Source of the DNA: Gemmatimonadales bacterium
GTDB lineage: Bacteria > Gemmatimonadota > Gemmatimonadetes > Gemmatimonadales > GWC2-71-9
Direction: 5' to 3'
Length of the DNA stretch: 64,000 nucleotides
Assembly (NCBI GenBank): GCA_033764615.1
Contig: JANRIU010000007.1
Location: forward strand, 16,314-80,313
The notes under the pieces are model-generated. The model had not been told where the DNA came from and did no database searches. It saw only the letters and a list, made by a program, of their open reading frames with translations. Shown piece by piece: positions 9,783 through 18,631 of the stretch. Both the position numbers and the translations under genes were made by a program. Each line of letters begins with the position of its first letter. Position 1 is the first letter of the stretch.

Positions 9783-10645
9783 TGCGCGCGCGCCACGCCC
9801 TCGCCCTGCTGCTCCCGCTGCTCATCGCGTGCGAGCGGGTCGTCGACCCCGGGATCCCGGCCGGGCCGCTCCGGCTCGTGGTGGAGGGGGGCGTCGAGCT
9901 GCGGCCCGACAACGCGGCGGGTGCGCAGTCGCTCCGCCTCACCACCACCGATGCGTTCGCCAGCACCACCACGCCGCCCCCCGCCACCAACGCGACCGTG
10001 CGCGTGCGCGACGGGCAGGGCGGCAGCTGGAGCTACGCCGGCCCGGACGCCGACGGCCTGTACCGCACCACGGGGCTCGTTCCCGTCGTCGGCCGGACAT
10101 ACACGCTGGAGATCGGCTGGAACGGCGACCAGTACCGCGCGCAGGAGACGCTGCTGCCGGTGGCGCCGATCGACTCGCTCTACTTCATCTGGGTGGAGGC
10201 GGGGCCGTTCAGCGGCGACTCCGGCATCCGCGCCGCGATCGACTACACCGATCCCGCGGGCCGGCAGGACAACTACTACTGGGACCTGCTGGTGAACGGG
10301 CAGCGCCGGCTCAACACCGACCCGGGCAACCGCTTCCGCCTCATCAGCGAGGACCGCTTCTACGACGGCGGTCGCGTGACGCGGTACCAGCCGTTCGACG
10401 AGTCGGTGCTCGAGGTGGGCGAGCGGGTGCTGGTGCGGCAGCTGGCGCTCTCGGCGGCGGGGTTCCGCTACCACCGCGCGCTGCTGGAGCAGCAGTCGCA
10501 GGGGGGCGGGTCGCCGTTCTCGGTGCCGCCCGCGTCGGTGCGCGGCAACGTCGCCAACCTCACGCGCCCGGAGGCCCCGGCGCTCGGCTGGTTCCGCGCG
10601 AGCCAGGTGGCGGAGCGGGCGGCGACGGTGCCGCGGGTGCGATAG
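9782..10645 (+). CDS. DUF4249-like lipoprotein partner of the TonB-dependent receptor
   Basis: Lipobox (LLIAC), 'LVVEG', 'PIDSLY', 'DPAGRQDNYY', 'PPASVRGNV..LGWF'. Overlaps the receptor stop codon. Confidence 0.8.
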   Translation: MRARHALALLLPLLIACERVVDPGIPAGPLRLVVEGGVELRPDNAAGAQSLRLTTTDAFASTTTPPPATNATVRVRDGQGGSWSYAGPDADGLYRTTGLVPVVGRTYTLEIGWNGDQYRAQETLLPVAPIDSLYFIWVEAGPFSGDSGIRAAIDYTDPAGRQDNYYWDLLVNGQRRLNTDPGNRFRLISEDRFYDGGRVTRYQPFDESVLEVGERVLVRQLALSAAGFRYHRALLEQQSQGGGSPFSVPPASVRGNVANLTRPEAPALGWFRASQVAERAATVPRVR

Positions 10646-10662
10646 CGTCGGCGCGGCGGGCA

Positions 10663-11469
10663 TCACGGCGGCGGCGCCCCCCAGAGACGTGGCGTCACCA
10701 GCCGGAGCCCGAGCGTCCACCACGTCGGCAGCGGCGCCGCGCCCCCCACGCCGTGCCCCACCGTCGCGTCGACCTGCACCGCGTCGCTGACGAAGTGCCG
10801 GAGCCCTGCCTGCCACGCCTTGCCGGAGCCTGCCACGTACGGATCGCCCGAGAACAGCTCCGCGACCACGTGCAGCCCGCCGACGGCCCGGAGCTGCGTA
10901 CCCACGCCCCACGTGAGGATCGTGCGGTCGGTCGGCGCCAGCCAGAGGTGGTTCACGCCGAGGTTCGCGTGCAGCAGCACGGCGTCGCGCTCGCCGAGCG
11001 ACTGGCTGGCGATGGCGAACGTGAACGCGCCATAGCCCTCCGGCCTGAGGAGGCCGCTGCCGCCCGGCAGGAAGGAGCCGGCGACGAGCGCGACGCCGGG
11101 CCCCCGCCCGGGTGCATACGGTCGGAGCAGGAACTTCCCCTGCACGAGCGGCAGGGCGTACGTGAAGCGCCTGCCGCCCCCGCGCCGGTCCGCGCCGGCG
11201 ACACCGCCCACCGTGAGCTCGAGCCACGGCGTGGGCCCCACCGCAGCCAGCAGCCACTGCTGGGTCGATTCGTGGTCCCACCGGAACCAGCTCTCCGCCT
11301 GCGCCAGGCCGCCGCCTACCACGCGCGCGTCGTCGGTGATGAACGGGCGCACGTCCAGGCGCGTCGGCGGGGTCGCCGTCGGCCACTGCGCCGCGGCCTC
11401 GGCGACGGGCGCGAGGGCAAGCGCGGCGGCGCAGCCAGTGAGCCTCAGGGCGGATCGTGCGCGGCGCAT
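10663..11469 (-). CDS. Secreted hypothetical protein, probably an outer-membrane beta-barrel
   Basis: Signal peptide (ALALAPVAEAAAQ) and alternating aromatic/hydrophobic beta-strand pattern. Start at ATG 11469. Confidence 0.65.
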   Translation of the reverse strand: MRRARSALRLTGCAAALALAPVAEAAAQWPTATPPTRLDVRPFITDDARVVGGGLAQAESWFRWDHESTQQWLLAAVGPTPWLELTVGGVAGADRRGGGRRFTYALPLVQGKFLLRPYAPGRGPGVALVAGSFLPGGSGLLRPEGYGAFTFAIASQSLGERDAVLLHANLGVNHLWLAPTDRTILTWGVGTQLRAVGGLHVVAELFSGDPYVAGSGKAWQAGLRHFVSDAVQVDATVGHGVGGAAPLPTWWTLGLRLVTPRLWGAPPP

Positions 11470-11645
11470 CGTCGTTAGGGTAACCGCGCCGCGGCACGAG
11501 CGGCAGTCGGTACTGCGACTCCATTGCACGACGGATTCCCGCGACCACCGCTCGGCAAACCGTTGTGGCGCATGCGCAGCACCGTCGCACGCGCACGTCA
11601 CTTGTCGGCGGCGAGGTGCGCATCCCATCGTCCACGTGAGGCAGG

Positions 11646-12425
11646 ATGCCGCACACCGCGCAGGTATGGCTCCTGCGCGCGAAAGGGGTCGCCGACGGCG
11701 CACGGGCCGCGGCGCCACCATCTCCACCGCGGAGCCCTCCCACGTCGCGCATCCGTCCGCTCGCTGGCGCGCTGGTCGCGCTGGCCCTCGTCGCCGCGCC
11801 CGCCGACGCGCAGGTCATCTCGCTCAACACCGGCGTCGATGCCGGTGGCAACCTCCTCGCAAGTCAGGCCCTCGACCCGTTCTGGACGATCTCGCTCTAC
11901 GGGGGCGCGACGTTCACCGCCGCGCGCGTGGCGGCGCCCGGCCACCCGATCATCTGCTGCGGGATGGAGAGTGCCCCGAACACGGCGCGCTGGATCTCGG
12001 ATCCGTCCATCCAGCTGACGGGTACCGGCACCAGCTGGGGAGTCGGTCGCACGGTGTACGCGCGCCGCACCTTCGACCTCTCCGGCTACACCCTCTCCTC
12101 CGTGTCGCTGGACCTGGCGTGGCGCGTCGCCGACGTGCGGTGGGGCGTGTATCTCAACGGCGTGCTCCTCCCGAGCAGCCAGATCGGCAACTTCGGCTTC
12201 TCCTTCGGCGAGCAGCTGCAGGCAACGAGCGGCTTCAACCAGGGGTTGAACACGCTCGAGCTCCGCGGCTCGTCGGTGAACAGCATCTACGATGGCTTCT
12301 GGCTCGGCGGCGCCGTGCGCGGCGACTACGTCCCGCCCACCACCGTGCCGGAGCCGTCGACCTACGTGCTGCTCGGCACCGGCCTCGCCGGGGTGTTCGC
12401 AGTGGCGCGCCGCCGCCGGGCCTGA
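11646..12425 (+). CDS. PEP-CTERM sorting domain protein
   Basis: C-terminal VPEPSTYVLLGTGLAGVFAVARRRRA and signal peptide ending AAPADAQ. Start uncertain. Confidence 0.88.
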   Translation: MPHTAQVWLLRAKGVADGARAAAPPSPPRSPPTSRIRPLAGALVALALVAAPADAQVISLNTGVDAGGNLLASQALDPFWTISLYGGATFTAARVAAPGHPIICCGMESAPNTARWISDPSIQLTGTGTSWGVGRTVYARRTFDLSGYTLSSVSLDLAWRVADVRWGVYLNGVLLPSSQIGNFGFSFGEQLQATSGFNQGLNTLELRGSSVNSIYDGFWLGGAVRGDYVPPTTVPEPSTYVLLGTGLAGVFAVARRRRA

Positions 12426-12477
12426 TCCCCGGAGGTCGTCCAGCGCGCGCCGGTCGACCCGGGCGATCCCGAGGCGC

Positions 12478-12499
12478 GCGGGCTCCTACAGGAGCCCGC
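12478..12499 (+). terminator. Putative intrinsic terminator hairpin
   Basis: GCGGGCTCC-TACA-GGAGCCCGC 9-bp stem followed by a T-containing tract, downstream of the PEP-CTERM gene. Confidence 0.45.
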
Positions 12500-12551
12500 C
12501 CGTTCCCTTTCCGGTGACGGCGGCTCGCGGGCGCCGTTACGTTCCCTCGCG

Positions 12552-13814
12552 ATGCCCCTCCCCGGCGTCCTGCGCCACCCCGCCGCGCGCGTCCTCCTCG
12601 CCATCGCCGCCGGTGCCACGCTCGGCGCCGTCGCGCCCGCGGCCGCCGCGCCGTGCAAGGTGCTGGCGGACCTCTTCCTCAACGCCGTCAAGCTCGTCAC
12701 CGCGCCGGTCATCTTCCTCACGGTGGCGCTCGGCATCGCCGCCATGCGCGACCTCGGCCAGCTCGGCCGCGTGGGGCTCAAGGCGCTCGTCTACTTCGAG
12801 GTCGTCTCCACCGTGGCGCTCGCGATCGGGCTCGTGGTGGTGAACGTCACCCGCCCGGGCGACGGCCTCGACCTCTCCGCGCTCGCGAAGGCGGACGTGA
12901 GCCGCTTCGTGCAGCAGGGCGGCGCGCTCTCGTGGAGCGAGTTCGTCACGCACCTCGTGCCGGCGAGCGCCGTCGAGGCATTCGCCCGCGGGGACATGCT
13001 GCAGGTCGTCGTCGTGGCGCTGCTCGCGGGGATCGCGCTCGTCACCGCGGGCGGCGACGCCGAGCCGATCGTCGTCGCGATGGAGCGGCTCGCGAAGGTC
13101 GTCTACGCCGCCGTCGCCATCGTGATGCGCTTCGCGCCGCTCGGCGCGTTCGGCGCCATGGCGTACACAGTCGGCACGTTCGGCCTTCGCGCGTTGCTGC
13201 CGCTCGGCCGGCTGATGCTCGACGTGTACCTGACGATGGCGCTGTTCGTCGGCGTGGTGCTGTGGGGGATCGCGCGCTGGTCGGGCTTCTCCCTGTGGGC
13301 GCTGCTCCGCACCATCCGGGACGAGCTGCTGCTCGTGCTCGCCACGTCGAGCTCGGAGCCGGCCCTCCCGCGCATGCTGGCCAAGCTGGAGGCGTTCGGC
13401 TGCCACCGCTCCATCGTCGGGCTCGTGCTGCCGGCCGGCTACTCGTTCAACCTCGACGGCACGGCGATCTACCTCTCGATGGCCGTCGTCTTCCTCGCGC
13501 AGGTGTACGGCGTCGACCTCTCGATCGGCGCGCAGCTCGGCGTGCTCGGCGTGCTCATGGTCACGTCGAAGGGCGCGGCGGGCGTCACCGGCTCCGGCTT
13601 CATCGTGCTCGCCAGTACGCTCGCCGCGGTGAAGGTGGTGCCGGTGGAGGGGCTCGCCATCCTGCTCGGCGTCGACCGCTTCATGTCGGAGGCGCGCGCC
13701 ATCACCAACCTGTGCGGCAACGCGGTCGCGACGGTGGTGGTGGCGCGGGCGGAGGGGAAGTTCTCGGCGCCGCAGGCGCCGGCGGACGGGCGGTCGGGCG
13801 GACGGGCGGACTGA
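12552..13814 (+). CDS. dctA: C4-dicarboxylate:cation symporter (DAACS family)
   Basis: 'FLNAVKLVTAPVIF', 'GRVGLKALVYFEVVST', 'TSSSEPALP', 'GYSFNLDGTAIY', 'SKGAAGVTGSGF', 'GVDRFMSEARAITN'. Confidence 0.92.
   Translation: MPLPGVLRHPAARVLLAIAAGATLGAVAPAAAAPCKVLADLFLNAVKLVTAPVIFLTVALGIAAMRDLGQLGRVGLKALVYFEVVSTVALAIGLVVVNVTRPGDGLDLSALAKADVSRFVQQGGALSWSEFVTHLVPASAVEAFARGDMLQVVVVALLAGIALVTAGGDAEPIVVAMERLAKVVYAAVAIVMRFAPLGAFGAMAYTVGTFGLRALLPLGRLMLDVYLTMALFVGVVLWGIARWSGFSLWALLRTIRDELLLVLATSSSEPALPRMLAKLEAFGCHRSIVGLVLPAGYSFNLDGTAIYLSMAVVFLAQVYGVDLSIGAQLGVLGVLMVTSKGAAGVTGSGFIVLASTLAAVKVVPVEGLAILLGVDRFMSEARAITNLCGNAVATVVVARAEGKFSAPQAPADGRSGGRAD
13781..13812 (+). repeat. Octamer x4 element (GGCGGACG GGCGGTCG GGCGGACG GGCGGACT)
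   Basis: Read directly from the sequence; occupies the last codons of dctA. Confidence 0.8.
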
Positions 13815-13826
13815 CCGGCCGGCGAG

Positions 13827-14087
13827 CTACTTCGCCGCCGGGGGCAGCCCCTTCGCCTCGCGCCCGTTCGCGAGCATCCGCTCCGCGAAGTCGAGCCGCT
13901 CCTGCGTCTCGGCGAGCTGGGCGCGCAGCTCCTCGAGGTCATGCCGCATCGCCTCGAGCTCGCGCGGGTTGCCGCCCTCGGGCAGGGACGAGTTCCGGAT
14001 CGCCTCGGCGATGGCGCCGCCCATCGGCCCCCGGAGGATCCCCCAGATCGAGCCGAACACGATGGACACGATGATGATGCCTTCCAT
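13827..14087 (-). CDS. Small membrane-anchored coiled-coil hypothetical protein
   Basis: N-terminal hydrophobic helix plus C-terminal heptad 'LEELRAQLAETQERLDFAERML'. Confidence 0.7.
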   Translation of the reverse strand: MEGIIIVSIVFGSIWGILRGPMGGAIAEAIRNSSLPEGGNPRELEAMRHDLEELRAQLAETQERLDFAERMLANGREAKGLPPAAK

Positions 14088-14130
14088 GGGCGGAAGCTAT
14101 CGCGTTCCGTGCCGATGCGCCGGCCTCCCG

Positions 14131-14484
14131 CTAGCGCGGCCGGCGCGCCCGCAGCGCCGGCGGCGCCGCGCGCCACCAGGCGTCGTCGAGCAGCGCGGCG
14201 AGACGCGCGCGGGAGATGGCACCGAGCCGCACGAGCACCCACGGATGGTCGCGGTAGTGGTCGGTGAGGAAGAAGACGGTCGGCTCCGCGCGCAGCAGGT
14301 GCGCGCGCTCCAGCGCGTCGGTGCGCAGGACGAGCGTCTCCCCGTCCTCCTTGAGCCGGGCGAACAGCTTCCCCCGCACCTTGAGCGCCGGCGTGCCGTA
14401 CGATGTCGCCTCCTCGGCGCCAGGCAGGTCGCGCGCGATGGCGACCGCATCGGCGAACGTGGTGCGCCGGCGCCCGCGCGGCAT
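14131..14484 (-). CDS. MmcQ/YjbR-like protein
   Basis: 'LPGAEEATSYGTPALKVRGKLFARL', 'FFLTDHYRDHPWVLVRL', 'DAWWRAAP'. Confidence 0.8.
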   Translation of the reverse strand: MPRGRRRTTFADAVAIARDLPGAEEATSYGTPALKVRGKLFARLKEDGETLVLRTDALERAHLLRAEPTVFFLTDHYRDHPWVLVRLGAISRARLAALLDDAWWRAAPPALRARRPR

Positions 14485-14492
14485 GGTGGCGC

Positions 14493-15140
14493 TCAGTGCG
14501 CGCCCGCCGCGGCGATGAACGCCGCGAGCCGCGCCGAGTCGAGCCGGCCCTCGCGCCGGACGCCCGAGCAGACGTCGAGCCCGTGCGGCCGCACGGCGGC
14601 GATCGCCTCGGCAGCGTTGCCGGCGTGCAGACCGCCCGCGAGCCAGACGGGCACGCCGGCGGCCGCACGGATGCGCGCGCTCACCGACCAGTCATGGACG
14701 CGTCCCGTGCCGCCGAGTTCCTTCACGGCGAGCGCGGGGTTGCCGGAGTCGAGCAGCAGGGCGTCCACGTGCGGCGCGGCCGCGAGCGCCTCCGCGACCG
14801 ATCCGTCATCACGCACGTGGATCACCTGCACGAGCCGGACGCCGGGGAGCGCCGAGCGGAGCTCCGCGTGGGCCCCCGGCGGGAGCGCATCGACGAGCTG
14901 CAGGGTCGTCGGCCGGCAGCGCGCGTGCTGCGCCACGATGGCGTCGACCCGCGTGGCGCTGGTGAGCAGGAACGTCTCGGTCGCGGGCGGCACCGTCGCG
15001 ATGATCGCGGCGATCACCGCCTCGTCGATCACGCCGGGCCCGCTCGGCATCCGCGAGACGAGGCCGAGCGCGTCCGCGCCCGCGTCGAGGGCGAGGCGCG
15101 CCTCCTCCGCCGACATGATGCAGCAGACCTTGATGCGCAC
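14493..15140 (-). CDS. trpF: Phosphoribosylanthranilate isomerase (TrpF family), stand-alone copy
   Basis: 'RIKVCCI', 'GADALGLV', 'LLLDSG', 'LGGTGRVHDW', 'LAGGL', 'GLDVCSGV'. Start GTG about 15140. Confidence 0.82.
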   Translation of the reverse strand: MRIKVCCIMSAEEARLALDAGADALGLVSRMPSGPGVIDEAVIAAIIATVPPATETFLLTSATRVDAIVAQHARCRPTTLQLVDALPPGAHAELRSALPGVRLVQVIHVRDDGSVAEALAAAPHVDALLLDSGNPALAVKELGGTGRVHDWSVSARIRAAAGVPVWLAGGLHAGNAAEAIAAVRPHGLDVCSGVRREGRLDSARLAAFIAAAGAH

Positions 15141-15148
15141 CCGGCGGT

Positions 15149-15673
15149 TCAGACGCCGAACTGCCGCAGGTGATGGTCGATGTGCTTCCAGGCGAGGGTG
15201 CCCCAGTCGTCCCGCGAGAGCGGGCCGAACAGCGGATGCGCGGTCGGCACGGTGTCGAACGGGTGCGTGGGGAAGCGTTCGAGCAGCGCGAGGAACGCCA
15301 CGCGCTCCTCCTCGAGGCCGCGCGCCGGTCGCTCGACGATCTCGCGCACCGTCGGCGCGTTGCGCGGCATCGGCAGCACGCGGAGGATGAGCCAGCGCAC
15401 GGGCGCGAGGCGCGCAAGCGGCATGTCCTTCGGCGTCACCGGCAGCTCGCCGTAGGCCATGCGGAACGAGTCGACCAGGTGCGCGAGCATGCGCGGCGGG
15501 TCCATCGTGCCCCACAGCGCGCCGTCGGCGGCGGTGAGGCGCTGGGTGCGCGCCGCGATGGCGCGGCGGGCGTCGGTGTCGAGGAGGGTGGGCAGGCGGC
15601 GCTCCGGGAGGCGGGACCGCCTCAAGGTAGTGCCACCCTCCCGCTGGCCGCACACGCGCGGGCGTCGTAGCAT
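15149..15673 (-). CDS. DinB-like / DUF1569 protein
   Basis: 'WGTMDPPRMLAHL', 'HPLFGPLSRDDWGTLAWKHIDHHLRQFGV'. True start probably near 15595-15625. Confidence 0.8.
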   Translation of the reverse strand: MLRRPRVCGQREGGTTLRRSRLPERRLPTLLDTDARRAIAARTQRLTAADGALWGTMDPPRMLAHLVDSFRMAYGELPVTPKDMPLARLAPVRWLILRVLPMPRNAPTVREIVERPARGLEEERVAFLALLERFPTHPFDTVPTAHPLFGPLSRDDWGTLAWKHIDHHLRQFGV

Positions 15674-15700
15674 CCGGCGTCCCCCACCCGCCGGCCCGCC

Positions 15701-17851
15701 ATGCTCCTGCTGTCCGCGGCGCTCCTGCTCGCGCCGCCGCCGCCCGATTCACTCCGCTGGGCACAGCATGTCGCCCGCACCACCATCACGCGCGACGACT
15801 GGGGGATCCCCCACATCCGCGGCCGCAGCGATGCCGACGCCGTGTTCGGCCTCATGGTGGCACAGGCCGAGGACGACTTCCCGCGCATCGAGCGGAACTA
15901 CCTCTGCGCCCTCGGCCGGCTCGCGGAGGCGGAGGGGGAGGCCGCACTCTGGCAGGACGTGCGCGCGCGCCTCGTGGTGCACGAGGACTCGCTCAGGGCG
16001 ATGCATGCCCGCGCCCCCGGCTGGCTCCGCCGGCTGACGCAGGCGTGGGCCGACGGGCTCAACTTCCACCTCGCGCGCCACCCGGAGGTCCGGCCCCGCG
16101 TGCTCACCCGCTTCGAGCCGTGGATGCCGTTCGCCTTCAGCGAGGGCTCGATCGGCGGCGACCTCGAGGGCATCAGCCTCCCGGCGCTCGCGCGCTTCTA
16201 CGGCGGCCCGCCCGCGTCGCGCGCCGACGCCGTCCCGCCCGCCGACTGGTTCGCCGAGCCGACCGGCTCCAACGGCATCGCGATCCCCGCAGCGAACAGC
16301 GCGACCGGCCATGCGCTGCTCCTCATCAACCCGCACACGACGTTCTACTTCCGCCACGAGGCGCACGTCACGAGCGACGAGGGGCTCGACGCCTACGGCG
16401 CGCTGACATGGGGCCAGTTCTTCATCTACCAGGGGTTCAACCGCTCGGCCGGATGGATGCACACCACGAGCGGCGTGGACGCGGTGGACGAGTACCTCGA
16501 GACGGTGGAACGGACGCCGGCGGGCGCCACGTACCGCCACGGCGCGGGGACCCGACCCGTCGTCGAGGTACCGGTGACGATCCGCGTGCGCACCGCCAGC
16601 GGCCTCGAGGCGCGGCGCTTCACGCTGCTCCACACGCACCACGGCCCCGTGGTGCGCGAGCAGGACGGGAAGTGGGTGGCCGCGCGCTTCATGCGGAAGC
16701 CGCTCGAGGCGTTGCAGCAGTCGTACCTCCGCACGAAGGCGCGCGACTGGGCCGGCTTCCGCCGCGTGCTGGCGCTGCACGCCAACTCGTCCAACAACAC
16801 GCTCTTCGCGGACGGCCGCGGCGACGCGGTGTACGTGCACGCCAACTTCGTCCCCCGGCGCGACCCGCGCTTCGACTGGACGCGGCCGGTGGACGGGAGC
16901 GACCCCGCGACCGAGTGGGGCCCGCCGCACGAGGTGGAGGCATCGCCGTTCGTGCGCTCACCGGCCACGGGCTTCGTCTACAACACGAACAACTGGCCGT
17001 ACAGCGCGGCCGGCGCGGCCAGCCCGCGCGCCAGCGCGTTCCCGGCCTATTTCGACCGTGTGGGCGAGAATCCGCGCGGCATCCATGCGCTGCGCCTGCT
17101 GGAGGGGCGTCGCGGCTGGACGCTCGAGGCGCTGCTCGCGGCCGCGTACGACCCCGACCTCCCCGCCTTCGATGACCAGCTGCCGCCGCTCTTCCGCGAC
17201 GTGGACGCGCTGCCGGCCGCCGACCCGCGCCGCGCGCGCCTCGCCGAGCCGGTGGCGCTGCTCCGCGCGTGGGACCGCCGCTGGGGCGCCGACTCGCGGG
17301 CGACCACCCTGGCCGACGCATGGGGGAGCGAGCTCGGGCGCGTGGGCGCGCCCGTGATCCTGCGCGAGCGCGTGGATGCCTTCACGTGGATGCGCGAGCG
17401 CGCGACGGCGGACGAGCGGATCGGGGCGCTGCTCGCCGCGATGGACTCCCTCACCGCGCGCTTCGGCACCTGGCAGGTGCCGTGGGGCGAGGTGAACCGC
17501 CTGCAGCGCATCAGCCCCGCGATCGACCAGGCGTTCCGCGACGACGCGCCGAGCACGCCGGTGCCGTTCACCTCGGCGCGCTGGGGCTCGCTCGCGTCGT
17601 TCGGCACGCGGCGGCCCCCCGGCCAGGCGCGCCAGTACGGCACCACGGGGAACAGCTTCGTCGCCGTCGTCGAGTTCGGGCCGCGCGTGCGCGCGCGGGC
17701 CATCATGGCGGGCGGGCAGCGGGGCGATGCGGCGTCCCCCCATTTCGCGGACCAGGTCGCCCGGTATGCCGCGGGCGACCTCCGGCCGGTCTACTTCTGG
17801 CCGGACGAGCTGGAGGGGCACATCGAGCGGCGGTACCGGCCGGGGGAGTGA
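15701..17851 (+). CDS. Penicillin acylase family Ntn-hydrolase (acyl-homoserine-lactone or glutaryl acylase-like)
   Basis: 'ITRDDWGIPHI', beta-subunit nucleophile 'GSNG', 'LINPH', 'HTTSGVD', 'HHGPV', 'NSSNN', C-terminal 'HFADQ..Y'. Confidence 0.9.
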   Translation: MLLLSAALLLAPPPPDSLRWAQHVARTTITRDDWGIPHIRGRSDADAVFGLMVAQAEDDFPRIERNYLCALGRLAEAEGEAALWQDVRARLVVHEDSLRAMHARAPGWLRRLTQAWADGLNFHLARHPEVRPRVLTRFEPWMPFAFSEGSIGGDLEGISLPALARFYGGPPASRADAVPPADWFAEPTGSNGIAIPAANSATGHALLLINPHTTFYFRHEAHVTSDEGLDAYGALTWGQFFIYQGFNRSAGWMHTTSGVDAVDEYLETVERTPAGATYRHGAGTRPVVEVPVTIRVRTASGLEARRFTLLHTHHGPVVREQDGKWVAARFMRKPLEALQQSYLRTKARDWAGFRRVLALHANSSNNTLFADGRGDAVYVHANFVPRRDPRFDWTRPVDGSDPATEWGPPHEVEASPFVRSPATGFVYNTNNWPYSAAGAASPRASAFPAYFDRVGENPRGIHALRLLEGRRGWTLEALLAAAYDPDLPAFDDQLPPLFRDVDALPAADPRRARLAEPVALLRAWDRRWGADSRATTLADAWGSELGRVGAPVILRERVDAFTWMRERATADERIGALLAAMDSLTARFGTWQVPWGEVNRLQRISPAIDQAFRDDAPSTPVPFTSARWGSLASFGTRRPPGQARQYGTTGNSFVAVVEFGPRVRARAIMAGGQRGDAASPHFADQVARYAAGDLRPVYFWPDELEGHIERRYRPGE

Positions 17852-17867
17852 GCGCGGGCGGCGCGCA

Positions 17868-18293
17868 TCAGGCCGGGAGGAGGTCCAGACCGAGCGCCGC
17901 GGCGTTCGTCCGCACACGATCGTCACGGCTGAGCATCACGATCTGCCCGATGCGCTCCTGCAGGACGGCGGCCGTGGCGACATGCAGCGCATCGAGCGTG
18001 CGCACGGGCTCCACGGGGAAGCGGGCGGCGGCGCGATCAGCCACGGCGCGGCTGACCCCGACCACGTCCCAGCCCTGCTCCACCTCCGAAAGCAGCCGCA
18101 GGAGCGCGAGCTCGTCGCGCAGGTCGATCGCGCCGGCAGCACGATGGCGACGGATCGCGCGCGCGCACTCGATGCCGGTGAGCACCGACGCCACCACCCG
18201 CTCGGCGTCGCGCAGCGCCTCCCCCGCTCCCTCCGCGCCCGGCTCGCCAAGCAGCAGCGCGAGCACCGCGCTCGACTCGGCATACACGATCAT
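17868..18293 (-). CDS. vapC: PIN-domain toxin (VapC family)
   Basis: PIN acidic residues in 'YAESS', 'GIEC', 'TLDALHVATA', 'SRDDR'. ATGA overlap with the antitoxin. Confidence 0.8.
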   Translation of the reverse strand: MIVYAESSAVLALLLGEPGAEGAGEALRDAERVVASVLTGIECARAIRRHRAAGAIDLRDELALLRLLSEVEQGWDVVGVSRAVADRAAARFPVEPVRTLDALHVATAAVLQERIGQIVMLSRDDRVRTNAAALGLDLLPA

Positions 18294-18583
18294 CCGTCGT
18301 CGCGATCAGCGTCGAGCAGTCGCCGCGCCGTGCCGGCCGGCTGCCGCAGCGGCGTCGCCGGCCAATCCCGCGCCCGACGCACGGCCAGCCGCACGTCGCC
18401 GTCCGCCGCCATCCGCGCCAGCGCCTGCTCGATGGCCGACGACGGCTCCGCGGCCGGCCCGGGCCGCCGCAGCTCCGCCACCACACGCCCGCGGTCAGTG
18501 ACCAGCACAAGCTCCCCGTCCTGCACGTCGCGCAGCACGGCGCTGAGCCGCGCCTTGAGTTCCCGGATGCCGATGGTCCGCAT
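18290..18583 (-). CDS. Phd/YefM-family antitoxin
   Basis: 'MRTIGIRELKARLSAVLRDVQDGELVLVTDRGRVVAEL'. Lies directly upstream of the PIN toxin. Confidence 0.85.
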   Translation of the reverse strand: MRTIGIRELKARLSAVLRDVQDGELVLVTDRGRVVAELRRPGPAAEPSSAIEQALARMAADGDVRLAVRRARDWPATPLRQPAGTARRLLDADRDDG

Positions 18584-18631
18584 GGGAAAAATGTAGTCTC
18601 ATGTGACCACATGCGCACGTGCCGCCGTGGC

